Assembly: GCA_963716945.1 (NCBI GenBank)
Contig: OY970322.1
Coordinates: forward strand, 960,001-992,000
DNA: 32,000 bases
Reading direction: 5' to 3'
Origin: Candidatus Saccharimonadota bacterium
GTDB taxonomy: Bacteria > Patescibacteriota > Saccharimonadia > Saccharimonadales > UBA4665
How positions within the stretch are numbered: the stretch's first letter is position 1; every line of letters begins with the position of its first letter. The notes beneath the pieces are model-generated. The model had not been told where the DNA came from. It ran no database searches and saw only the letters and a list, made by a program, of their open reading frames with translations. The position numbers and the translations under genes are program-made. Positions 9,012 to 16,428 of the stretch are shown here, piece after piece.

Positions 9012-9040
9012 TTGTATAGGAGCTCGTGAATTAGGATAAT
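9012..9040 (+). promoter_or_regulatory. promoter TTGTAT-N17-GATAAT, 9 nt upstream of ATG 9050
   Basis: cTTGTATaggagctcgtgaattagGATAATagctgcacgATG. Confidence 0.45.
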
Positions 9041-9049
9041 AGCTGCACG

Positions 9050-9805
9050 ATGGGAGCTGCTAAATCCAAACGGCCCGACCTGACGATCGTTATCCCGGCT
9101 TACCGCGAGGAACGGCGGATTGGCGCCACGCTCGACGAGCTGGCGGACTTCTTGAAGCACGACCGGTATTTCCGTAATAAGGCGGTCGAAGTCATAGTCG
9201 TCAGCGCCGGCCGGCCGGACAAGACCCGCGAGATAGTGCTATCCAAGCGGGAATCATTCAAGCAGCTGCGCTTGCTCAAGCCGGAACAACGGGCCGGCAA
9301 AGGCCGCGACGTCCGGCTCGGCATGCTGGCAGCCGCCGGCGGGGCCGTGATCTACATGGACGCCGACCTGGCGACCCCGCTCCGGCACCTGGAAGAGTTT
9401 TATGAAGCCTGCCTTGGCGGCAACGACATCGTCATCGGCACGCGCGACTTATCGAAACATCATCCTGGACTACTGCGGCGCTCCATCTCCAATACCGGCA
9501 ACTTGCTGTTTCGCCTGGCCTGCGGCTTGTGGCTGGAGGACTCCCAGTGCGGTTTCAAAATGTTTAACCGGCGGGCGGCCCGGCTCTGCTTTTCGAGGAT
9601 GACTATTATGGGCTGGGGTTTCGACATGGAGGTTCTGACTATCGCCCGGCTCAACGGCTTGAACATAGCCGGCCGCCGCATCGACGACTGGAACGACAAG
9701 CCGGACAGCACCTTCACCGACAATGTGGTCCTGGTCGTGATGCGGTCGCTAAGGGACCTGGGACACATCACCCGGAACCGGCTCAGCGGCAGGTACGCCC
9801 GCTAA
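9050..9805 (+). CDS. family 2 glycosyltransferase (polyprenyl-phosphate sugar synthase type)
   Basis: 251 aa. LTIVIPAYREERRIGATLDEL at the N-terminus and a DxD-type YMDADLATP. Divergently paired with the GT39-like gene, which would be the usual donor/acceptor-enzyme pairing. Confidence 0.85.
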   Translation: MGAAKSKRPDLTIVIPAYREERRIGATLDELADFLKHDRYFRNKAVEVIVVSAGRPDKTREIVLSKRESFKQLRLLKPEQRAGKGRDVRLGMLAAAGGAVIYMDADLATPLRHLEEFYEACLGGNDIVIGTRDLSKHHPGLLRRSISNTGNLLFRLACGLWLEDSQCGFKMFNRRAARLCFSRMTIMGWGFDMEVLTIARLNGLNIAGRRIDDWNDKPDSTFTDNVVLVVMRSLRDLGHITRNRLSGRYAR

Positions 9806-9813
9806 GTCCGGGT

Positions 9814-9819
9814 TATAAT
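9814..9819 (+). promoter_or_regulatory. -10 box TATAAT, 7 nt upstream of ATG 9827 (leaderless-type)
   Basis: ggtTATAATtaatggtATG. Confidence 0.45.
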
Positions 9820-9826
9820 TAATGGT

Positions 9827-10579
9827 ATGTATTCCCTGACCCGCCAGACCCTCAGGAAGGTTCCGGAAATCACGCTGGTTTTCTGGATTATCAAACTACT
9901 GACGACGGCCATGGGCGAGTCGGCGTCGGATTTCCTGGTTTTCCGGATCAACCCCTACCTGGCCGTGGCCCTGGGGGCTGTCGCTTTGATCATAGCGCTG
10001 CTGCTGCAGTTCGCGGTCCGCAAGTATGTACCCTGGATATACTGGCTGGCCGTCGCCATGGTCGCCGTCTTCGGTACGATGGCAGCCGACGTGCTGCATA
10101 TCCAACTCGGCGTGCCCTACATATTATCGACGCTGTTCTTCGCGGTCGTGCTGGCGGCAGTTTTCGTAGCCTGGTACAAGAGCGAGGGGACGCTATCGAT
10201 CCACAGCATCAACACCCGGCGGCGCGAGCTGTTCTACTGGGCGACGGTGCTGGCGACCTTCGCGCTCGGGACGGCGGCCGGCGACATGACGGCCACTACG
10301 CTCGGGCTCGGCTATTTGACTTCGGCTTTCCTGTTCATGGCGCTGATTGTCATCCCCGCCCTGGCTTATCTGTTCGGCTTCAGCGAAATCGCGGCCTTCT
10401 GGGCGGCCTACATCCTGACCCGGCCGATCGGCGCGTCGTTCGCCGACTGGCTGGGCAAGCCTAAGAGCGTCGGCGGGCTGGGACTCGGCGACGGCCACGT
10501 CAGCTTGAGCCTGACAATCATAATCGTCTTATTCGTTGGCTACTTGACCGTCAATTCTTGGAATCTCGACAAGGGCTAG
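9827..10579 (+). CDS. multi-pass membrane protein with internal two-fold repeat
   Basis: 250 aa, about 8 helices. EITLVFWIIKLLTTAMGESASDFL is echoed by ELFYWATVLATFALGTAAGDMTA in the second half. It resembles the uncharacterised membrane-anchored protein class (COG4705-like, from memory). Confidence 0.75.
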   Translation: MYSLTRQTLRKVPEITLVFWIIKLLTTAMGESASDFLVFRINPYLAVALGAVALIIALLLQFAVRKYVPWIYWLAVAMVAVFGTMAADVLHIQLGVPYILSTLFFAVVLAAVFVAWYKSEGTLSIHSINTRRRELFYWATVLATFALGTAAGDMTATTLGLGYLTSAFLFMALIVIPALAYLFGFSEIAAFWAAYILTRPIGASFADWLGKPKSVGGLGLGDGHVSLSLTIIIVLFVGYLTVNSWNLDKG

Positions 10580-10587
10580 CGCCGTAA

Positions 10588-10872
10588 TCAGTTCAGGTGT
10601 CCGAACCACGAGGTCGGCAAATCGCCGTTCAAATACCACTTGCCGTGATACAGAACTATCTTAATCGTTTGTCCGGAACCGGTCTGGCAAAGGCCGTAAG
10701 CCGGCGTCCGCTTGACCAGGCGGACACAGCCCCGGAAGGCGTAGTAATTATCGAACGTGCTGTGGGCCTTGTTCAGCAGCCGGACTTGGTAAACCGCGAA
10801 CACGGCCAGAACAATTACGGCCAATCCGACAGCCGATAAGGCCAGCTTATGTTTCAGGAGCCGCTTAATCAT
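10588..10872 (-). CDS. small N-terminally anchored protein (94 aa)
   Basis: One TM helix (LALSAVGLAVIVLAVFAVY) and a two-Cys ectodomain. Its start overlaps the stop of the upstream gene (ATGA). Confidence 0.6.
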   Translation of the reverse strand: MIKRLLKHKLALSAVGLAVIVLAVFAVYQVRLLNKAHSTFDNYYAFRGCVRLVKRTPAYGLCQTGSGQTIKIVLYHGKWYLNGDLPTSWFGHLN

Positions 10873-11357
10873 CGTTCCATTATTTTAAACAATATAAGGT
10901 AACCGGCCAAACCGCCAAGGGTATTGGCCAGCAAATCCCAGTAGGCATCGGCCGTATTAATATGGGCCAGGTGCAGTTCCAGCAAGGCGAACTCCAGCAA
11001 CTTATTGGCCACGCCGAACGCCGACACCCACGCGAAGAGCGCCAGACAGTCAACCAGCCAATTGAGCCGCCAACGGAATAGCTGCTTGGCGTAGAGATAA
11101 AGACAGGCGCTATACATACCGCCGCCCACGAAATGCTGCTGGAAGGTCGAGGTTTGGTTGGAAATATGAATATTCGGCAACTGCATACTGACGACCATCA
11201 GCACCCCGGCGAGCACCGGCAGCCAGGCGCTGGCCTCGTGAATTTCCACCGCCGGGAAAAAGCGCCGGCCATAACCGATGATGAGCGGCAGACAAGCCGT
11301 AATGACCGCCAGCAGCACTAATGACAGGAAGAAGAACATCCCAGAATTATACGCCAT
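10869..11357 (-). CDS. four-helix membrane protein (possibly VanZ-like)
   Basis: 162 aa. The hydrophobic helices and the C-terminal DxxxNxxGGxxG pattern are reminiscent of VanZ-like proteins. Weak call. Confidence 0.6.
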   Translation of the reverse strand: MAYNSGMFFFLSLVLLAVITACLPLIIGYGRRFFPAVEIHEASAWLPVLAGVLMVVSMQLPNIHISNQTSTFQQHFVGGGMYSACLYLYAKQLFRWRLNWLVDCLALFAWVSAFGVANKLLEFALLELHLAHINTADAYWDLLANTLGGLAGYLILFKIMER

Positions 11358-11391
11358 AACAGGGCCGGCCGGACATATCCGCTGTAAGTTC

Positions 11392-11411
11392 TAGACTTTT
11401 TTATACTAACA
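11392..11411 (-). promoter_or_regulatory. copy 1 of a 20-nt motif; reads as extended -10 promoter TGTTAGTATaaaaaagtcta on the minus strand
   Basis: 19/20 identical to 12909..12928. Lies 35 nt upstream of ATG 11357. Confidence 0.35.
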
Positions 11412-11430
11412 AAGCTTTGGTTAAATGAGC

Positions 11431-11850
11431 TTAGCTATCAGCCGCTTTGTCACCCTTAAAAATCCACTGAACGCCATACTTGTCATAGAACTGCCCGTAT
11501 ATTCCAAACGGCATCTCGTGCAGCTCTTGTAATCTCTCGTTATTGTCACCATCCCTCAGCTTGTCAAACACCGACTTCAGCTCGTCATACGTCTTGCCAA
11601 TGACGAATATAGCGAACGTATTGCCCCGAACCGGCTCAAACTCAGGCGCGGCCATCCAATCGGTGGCCGATATTTCAATCTCCCCGCTCTTGAGATACGC
11701 ATTAATAATCCTGTCATGCTTCTCCGGCGGCAGCATGTCTTTCATCGGCGTGTCGCCCAGCTTGGTCAGCGTCAATTCCCCGCCCAAACACTCATGATAA
11801 AACGCCATCACCTCGGCACACTCCCCGTCAAACAACAAAATGGCGTACAC
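11431..11850 (-). CDS. VOC-superfamily protein, PhnB-like (glyoxalase/bleomycin-resistance fold)
   Basis: 139 aa. LLFDGECAEVMAFYHECLGG at the N-terminus and FGIYGQFYDKYGVQWIF at the C-terminus, typical of PhnB-like proteins. GTG start in the track. A TATAAT-N6-ATG (ATG 11858) sits just upstream but out of frame. Confidence 0.8.
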   Translation of the reverse strand: MYAILLFDGECAEVMAFYHECLGGELTLTKLGDTPMKDMLPPEKHDRIINAYLKSGEIEISATDWMAAPEFEPVRGNTFAIFVIGKTYDELKSVFDKLRDGDNNERLQELHEMPFGIYGQFYDKYGVQWIFKGDKAADS

Positions 11851-11883
11851 CTCAACATGTACGAATTATAGCAAACGGAAAGA

Positions 11884-12768
11884 TCAGATGTGGTGTTTTA
11901 GCCTGGCTATACCGCGCCTGTAGAGTCCGTGCTTGTGGCGAGGACGTCGCTTTAATGCGACCATAGCTTGCGGAAATAATACTCCCGAAGGGACCCACTG
12001 CACCACGTCAAAACCCGCTGCTTCCCAAACACGCTCCACATACGGCTTAGACGCTGCCGCCCAGCCATAGAAATCACCCGATCGTCTACCATCATCAGGA
12101 TGGTTCGAGTCATAGGCAATACCGCCCTCTTTGAAACGGGCCTCTGCTTCAGCGAGATGATCGCCGAACATACGTGCAAAGTCGGACTTAGGCGCGGCAC
12201 GAGCCCACCGGAGCTGCTCGAAGAACCCATCATCCAATAACGTCATTATCACCAGTCCATTATCGGCAACGAGCCGTCCAAACTCGGTTGCCCAAGCTTC
12301 GTGAGCCTCGGGCGAAAGATGGGAAAAGACACTAAATGCTGTTACTAAATCATGGCTGCTGCCATCGAGCATCGTTGGCGGTAAGGCGTCTACAGTGATT
12401 GTATTAATCCCAGGCAGAGATACGTTCACTAAGGCAGTCATTTCAGGATCAACGTCAGCCGCAGTGAGGTTTACGGCTTGTACATTGCGTGTTAAGAGAA
12501 CACGAGTGATTCTACCCCAGCCCGAACCGAAATCCAGAATCCGGTGTAATGCATCGAGCTTACCCAATCCATTCACAGCAGACCAATTATCAGCTACCCT
12601 GACAAAGCTCAGTGCTTCCTCATAAGCGTCTTCATACGATCTGCCCACAAATTTCTGTTGCAGTTTTGCTGGCGGATTGAATGGCGGATGCTTGAGAGGA
12701 TCAGCTACTTCCGGTAAAACCTTGAACGTTGTCGCCGTCGCTAGTGATTTGATAAGTGGATCTGTCAT
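11884..12768 (-). CDS. class I SAM-dependent methyltransferase
   Basis: 294 aa. Motif I ILDFGSGWGRITRVL, followed by an acidic residue after beta-2 (AADVD). Confidence 0.85.
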   Translation of the reverse strand: MTDPLIKSLATATTFKVLPEVADPLKHPPFNPPAKLQQKFVGRSYEDAYEEALSFVRVADNWSAVNGLGKLDALHRILDFGSGWGRITRVLLTRNVQAVNLTAADVDPEMTALVNVSLPGINTITVDALPPTMLDGSSHDLVTAFSVFSHLSPEAHEAWATEFGRLVADNGLVIMTLLDDGFFEQLRWARAAPKSDFARMFGDHLAEAEARFKEGGIAYDSNHPDDGRRSGDFYGWAAASKPYVERVWEAAGFDVVQWVPSGVLFPQAMVALKRRPRHKHGLYRRGIARLKHHI

Positions 12769-12905
12769 TCTAATCCTTATTAATATTATTAGTAATAAAA
12801 AAGGACAGCCATGCGGCTGTCTAAAGCTTTCAAAGCAGGGTTTCCCCGAACTAAGGCATGGCTGCCCATTTATTTCGGGAATAAAAATCCCTGCTGAACT
12901 GAAAA
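12769..12905 (-). promoter_or_regulatory. structured 5' leader with alternative terminator/antiterminator pairings (riboswitch- or attenuator-like)
   Basis: Folded by hand. It has a three-tier hairpin (12895..12834), an intrinsic terminator (12821..12795), and a 12-nt complementarity between 12867..12856 and 12814..12803 that excludes the terminator. Confidence 0.4.
12795..12821 (-). terminator. rho-independent terminator
   Basis: Minus-strand RNA GACAGCC-GCAU-GGCUGUC followed by C-UUUUUU-AUU. Perfect 7-bp GC-rich stem. Confidence 0.6.
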
Positions 12906-12908
12906 CTT

Positions 12909-12928
12909 TAGACTTTTTTATATTAACA
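12909..12928 (-). promoter_or_regulatory. copy 2 of the 20-nt motif; TGTTAATATaaaaaagtcta on the minus strand
   Basis: 19/20 identical to 11392..11411. Positioned to start the structured leader of the methyltransferase gene. Confidence 0.35.
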
Positions 12929-12978
12929 CGGACCAGGCGTCAGAAGTAGGTCTTAAAGCTAGATGAGGCAATTTTCGT

Positions 12979-13665
12979 TTACTTTTTTACTTTGAGCAAA
13001 ATATCTTGTTTTTCGAGTATAACCAACTGTAGCGCGATTAGTATATCTTCAACGGAGAATGACATACCGGTATCTTTTTTGAGGCTGTGGCGCAGCACTT
13101 TTGCGATGTCTTCTGAGTAAAGAGCTTTGGCTATTGATTCAGGCGAGAGTGCGGTACTACGCTTCCAGTAGCCTTCTAGTTCTCCCTTTATAATCGAGTG
13201 CTTTGTTAGGAAGATAAGCTGCTTGGCAGCCGGAGATATTTGCTTTAGGTCGTCTAACTGGAAGCTAAATAGCTTAACCGTATTGATAGGTTTCTTGAAA
13301 ATTACCCTATAAAGTTCTATCTGCCTACCGTTTGTTAAGACCGCCCAATCGATGCCTTCATTGGCGGCGTAGTTTACTGTTTGCCGTATATGACCTTCAT
13401 TCAAATTAATGCCGATTGATTTCACCTCAACCACGAAACATTTATTGCGTTTCAGCTGCACAACGTAATCCGCGTATGAGCCCTTGATCTCATATTCGGT
13501 TTTAATTTCCTCGAGCTCTTCATAGCCCAATACATTGGTTAGCAAGTGATTTACCAGAATGCGAGTCGCCGATTCGTCTAGGTCTTTGTGGTCTTTTAAC
13601 AAGTAGCGGTGTCGATACTCCCTAAGGTTCTTCGTGAGATTCTTGAACTGTAATTCGGTTGCCAT
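12979..13665 (-). CDS. HsdR_N-like PD-(D/E)xK nuclease-fold protein (orphan)
   Basis: 228 aa. The N-terminal ~120 aa resemble the type I restriction enzyme R-subunit N-terminal domain. Candidate catalytic residues are YADYVV (D) and FVVEVKS (ExK). The C-terminal ~100 aa are unknown. No HsdM/HsdS nearby. Confidence 0.7.
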   Translation of the reverse strand: MATELQFKNLTKNLREYRHRYLLKDHKDLDESATRILVNHLLTNVLGYEELEEIKTEYEIKGSYADYVVQLKRNKCFVVEVKSIGINLNEGHIRQTVNYAANEGIDWAVLTNGRQIELYRVIFKKPINTVKLFSFQLDDLKQISPAAKQLIFLTKHSIIKGELEGYWKRSTALSPESIAKALYSEDIAKVLRHSLKKDTGMSFSVEDILIALQLVILEKQDILLKVKK

Positions 13666-13747
13666 AAGACCTTCTCTCTTTTATGCCAATATAGCACACC
13701 GGCTAAATATTCAGATTGGAAGCAACGGGTCCTAAACTTAATTAGGT

Positions 13748-14281
13748 TTAGGATCCGTACAGTTTTAACGTAGCAACAACTGAAATTAATATCATGGCTA
13801 CGGCCAACAAAGACATTTGTACATAGCTGGGCCAGCGTTTCGTTCCAGGATTCATAATCTTTGTGAACTCATTTTGTGCGCCAATATACTTCTGGAGGTC
13901 AAGAGGGTCGCTTCGTTCGTTGCCATAAAATATGTCTCTTCTGCCAAGCGCAAGTTTTTTAAAAAAATTTGCTTCCATCAAATGCTGCAACACCCCGAAA
14001 GCTATGGAAAAGTTAAGCAAGGTAATTATAAAAATTGACAAACCCTTAACAGTATCGCTAGAACTCGATAATAGGGCGCCAAATTGGGATGATAGAGCAA
14101 GAAAGATACCCGCAATTAATATCAATTGGGATGCCATTTGCCTGAATACAGTATTATGCTCTTTCACACTAAACATGTCATTTTTAATAAATTCCAGCTC
14201 TAGATTTTTCCTAGCTTCATCAAACTTTTGATTATCAATTCTTATAACTTTTTCACCAGGTTGAATATTCGGTTCGGCCAT
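13748..14281 (-). CDS. hypothetical three-TM membrane protein
   Basis: I prefer ATG 14281 (MAEPNIQPGE) to the track's TTG at 14326. It has a ~50-aa cytosolic head, two adjacent TM helices, a ~60-aa loop and a C-terminal TM helix. Low-GC codon usage. Confidence 0.6.
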   Translation of the reverse strand: MAEPNIQPGEKVIRIDNQKFDEARKNLELEFIKNDMFSVKEHNTVFRQMASQLILIAGIFLALSSQFGALLSSSSDTVKGLSIFIITLLNFSIAFGVLQHLMEANFFKKLALGRRDIFYGNERSDPLDLQKYIGAQNEFTKIMNPGTKRWPSYVQMSLLAVAMILISVVATLKLYGS

Positions 14282-14390
14282 GTTCACTATTATTGACAAG
14301 AAATAACTATTTGCAAGCATAAGCAAAAATAAATGACATCATTTTGGGAACAATTGTTAGGTAAATGAGGTCTTGGGGTCGCGCAGACTA

Positions 14391-14786
14391 CTAAAGCCTT
14401 TCCAGCGTCCTCTTAGCATATGTAACATACTGGCTAATGCCGTAGCTAAATATGCTAAGGTCAAGATCACTAAGCGGGTCGGGCGTATCAAATGTTGCCA
14501 GCCACCTATCTTGGGAAGCTGGATCCAGAGCTAGAACAATACCATCTGTTTTCTGTGTTTCCTGGATGAGTGGGCCTTGTATGAAACCGAATGGCCTGCC
14601 GATAGAAATGGCGACTGCGCCGTTTCTTAAACTCGTCAAAGTAGGATCAACCATCGTGAACGGATAATTGCGGAGTGTAAATGGTACATAATCCCCATTG
14701 TCCAAAGGCAGTCTTTGACGAGCTATGATTAGGTGCTCCGGTTCAATACTGAAAGAACCTAGGAGTTGGGTCTCCGAACTTACCAT
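14391..14786 (-). CDS. hypothetical protein (131 aa)
   Basis: Clean ORF in an AT-rich context. No recognisable motif. Confidence 0.55.
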   Translation of the reverse strand: MVSSETQLLGSFSIEPEHLIIARQRLPLDNGDYVPFTLRNYPFTMVDPTLTSLRNGAVAISIGRPFGFIQGPLIQETQKTDGIVLALDPASQDRWLATFDTPDPLSDLDLSIFSYGISQYVTYAKRTLERL

Positions 14787-14840
14787 TATCTTATTATAAC
14801 ATAATAGTTTAGTTACGCAATTTCGGAGAAGATACGTCTC

Positions 14841-15449
14841 TCATGCGAACGACCCGGTCTTAACCTCGCCGGCTCGTTTGTAGTTGGCGAAGATGACGCC
14901 CTTGGGCGTGGTTTTGGATTCGGTTAGCTCGAATCCGGCCGGCGCGGTGCCTTCGGCGAATAGGCGCTTGCCTTTGCCGAGAGTCACGGGAAATATCTTG
15001 AGCCAGAGTTCGTCAACCAGGTCGTTCTTGAGCAAAGTCTGGATCATGTTGCCGCTGCCGTGGACTTGCAGCATCGGGCCGTCCTGCTGCTTCAGCTCCT
15101 TGAGCTTCGCGGCTACGTCGCCGTCAATCAGCACGGATTTTTCCCAGGTCAATTCCGGTGATGAAGCGGAGACGACGTATTTTGTCGCTTTATTGAACGG
15201 GCCCGTAGGTCCGACTGTTAAATCCTGCTTCGGCCAGTAAGCCGCGAAGATATCGTAGGTCTTCCGACCGAGCAGCAAATCAAACGCCCCGCTCATTTGC
15301 TCGCCCATCAACTTGCCCGAAAATTCATCCGAATAAGGCACGGTCCAGCCGCCGTACTCGAAGCCGCCCGAGGTGTCCTCGTCCGGACCGCCCGGAGCCT
15401 GCATCACGCCGTCAAGACTGACAAAAGATAGCACGACTATTTTTCTCAT
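14841..15449 (-). CDS. dihydrofolate-reductase-family protein (RibD C-terminal domain type)
   Basis: 202 aa. MRKIVVLSFVSLDGVMQAPGGPDED...GGW and VHGSGNMIQTLL are hallmark strings of this family. Confidence 0.9.
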   Translation of the reverse strand: MRKIVVLSFVSLDGVMQAPGGPDEDTSGGFEYGGWTVPYSDEFSGKLMGEQMSGAFDLLLGRKTYDIFAAYWPKQDLTVGPTGPFNKATKYVVSASSPELTWEKSVLIDGDVAAKLKELKQQDGPMLQVHGSGNMIQTLLKNDLVDELWLKIFPVTLGKGKRLFAEGTAPAGFELTESKTTPKGVIFANYKRAGEVKTGSFA

Positions 15450-15615
15450 ACCTTTATAATAACAACTTCCTTAGAAATTCTTTTCTGCTAGCATGGTCTT
15501 ACGGTCGCTGCGGCAATATATAACCCCGACCAATGGAATAGTTTCTTCTTCTGGTCGGCACCGGCTCCGCCACGCTGGCCGGGCCGGTTTTCGTAGCCAT
15601 GACTATTAAAACTTG

Positions 15616-15642
15616 AAGGCCGGCCTTATCCGGTCTGGCCTT
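15616..15642 (-). terminator. weak terminator-like hairpin after the heliorhodopsin stop
   Basis: Minus-strand AAGGCC...GGCCUU (6-bp stem, long GC-rich loop) followed by CAAGUUUUAAU. Starts 2 nt after the stop. Confidence 0.3.
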
Positions 15643-15644
15643 GG

Positions 15645-16409
15645 CTATGGCCTTAACGTTCCCGCAAACACCTGCCAGGCAAGTAGTGACTTAGCGACTA
15701 GACTCAGAATAATATATACCCTTTCGCCATATAGATAATCCTTCCAAGGCCCGACCTTTTTGTACTGGAGTACCATGTTTACCGCAAAACAGCCGAAGAA
15801 GATAAAGATGGAGACGAATATCCAGTATACGAAAGTCGGGGCTTTACTACCCATGTGCGCGCCTAGCGCTAAGTAACCAGCCACCACCAGCCAAGGTACT
15901 AGGCCTGCCCAACAACCGATGAAGTAGCTGAGCCAGTTAGTTTTCTGTGTTGTTTGGTTATGCACTTCCATAACCAGCCCCATTAAGTTCATGATGGATA
16001 TGAGGGCAAACATCATGAGCAAACTGCCGGCGTCATAAATGCCAACGAGCAAACCTATAGCCACCATCATAACGCTAGCCGAGAGGGAGTATTCTATCCA
16101 GCGGGCTTTATTAATACCTAGCTTCAAGTTGTGGTTATAGCGTTCGTTATAGACCGTGGCGATCAGCAGATGAAAAAACGCTGATAGGAAGAAGAAGGCA
16201 ATGATCAACCAAGACAGCTGGACATTAAAGAGTGTTTTAGTAGCGGGATCCAAATGCCGTGTGGCTTTATTGAACTTTAAGTAGGTACCCGTAATCGATA
16301 CGGCAAAACTCTTGCTGATTAGTAATACTGCCAAACCCTGGGCAAAGTGTAGCCCGGCAGCAACCAGGTTTAGTTTTCTAAGTTTCGTATCAGTTATTTT
16401 TTGTGCCAT
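15645..16409 (-). CDS. heliorhodopsin
   Basis: 254 aa from ATG 16409 (GGAG 6 nt upstream; the track's TTG at 16415 is less likely). Seven TM helices. It aligns by eye with heliorhodopsin 48C12 as I remember it: RWIEYSLSASVMMVAI (TM3 counterion Glu), GERVYIILSLVAKSLLAWQVFAGTL (TM7 Schiff-base Lys), and His in TM1 (AAGLHFAQ) and TM2 (AFFHLLIA). Confidence 0.9.
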   Translation of the reverse strand: MAQKITDTKLRKLNLVAAGLHFAQGLAVLLISKSFAVSITGTYLKFNKATRHLDPATKTLFNVQLSWLIIAFFFLSAFFHLLIATVYNERYNHNLKLGINKARWIEYSLSASVMMVAIGLLVGIYDAGSLLMMFALISIMNLMGLVMEVHNQTTQKTNWLSYFIGCWAGLVPWLVVAGYLALGAHMGSKAPTFVYWIFVSIFIFFGCFAVNMVLQYKKVGPWKDYLYGERVYIILSLVAKSLLAWQVFAGTLRP

Positions 16410-16428
16410 ATCCAACTCCGTTATCTTA

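Noticed and set aside
12790-12871. 26-codon ORF (MGSHALVRGNPALKALDSRMAVLFYY) inside the methyltransferase leader, considered as an attenuation leader peptide
   Set aside because: There is no RBS, no run of regulatory codons, and it reads through the terminator rather than ending before it. The RNA-structure explanation is sufficient.
14369-14380. 11-mer GGTCTTGGGGT, also present at 31989..32000
   Set aside because: By my rough estimate, exact 11-mer pairs are expected many times by chance in 32 kb read on both strands. There is no supporting context.
15492-15605. GC-rich patch in the spacer between the RibD_C-family gene and the heliorhodopsin gene, with small ORFs (38 aa on +, 33 aa on -: MATKTGPASVAEPVPTRRRNYSIGRGYILPQRP)
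   Set aside because: No RBS or leaderless promoter geometry, no recognisable family, and very short. It cannot be supported from sequence alone.
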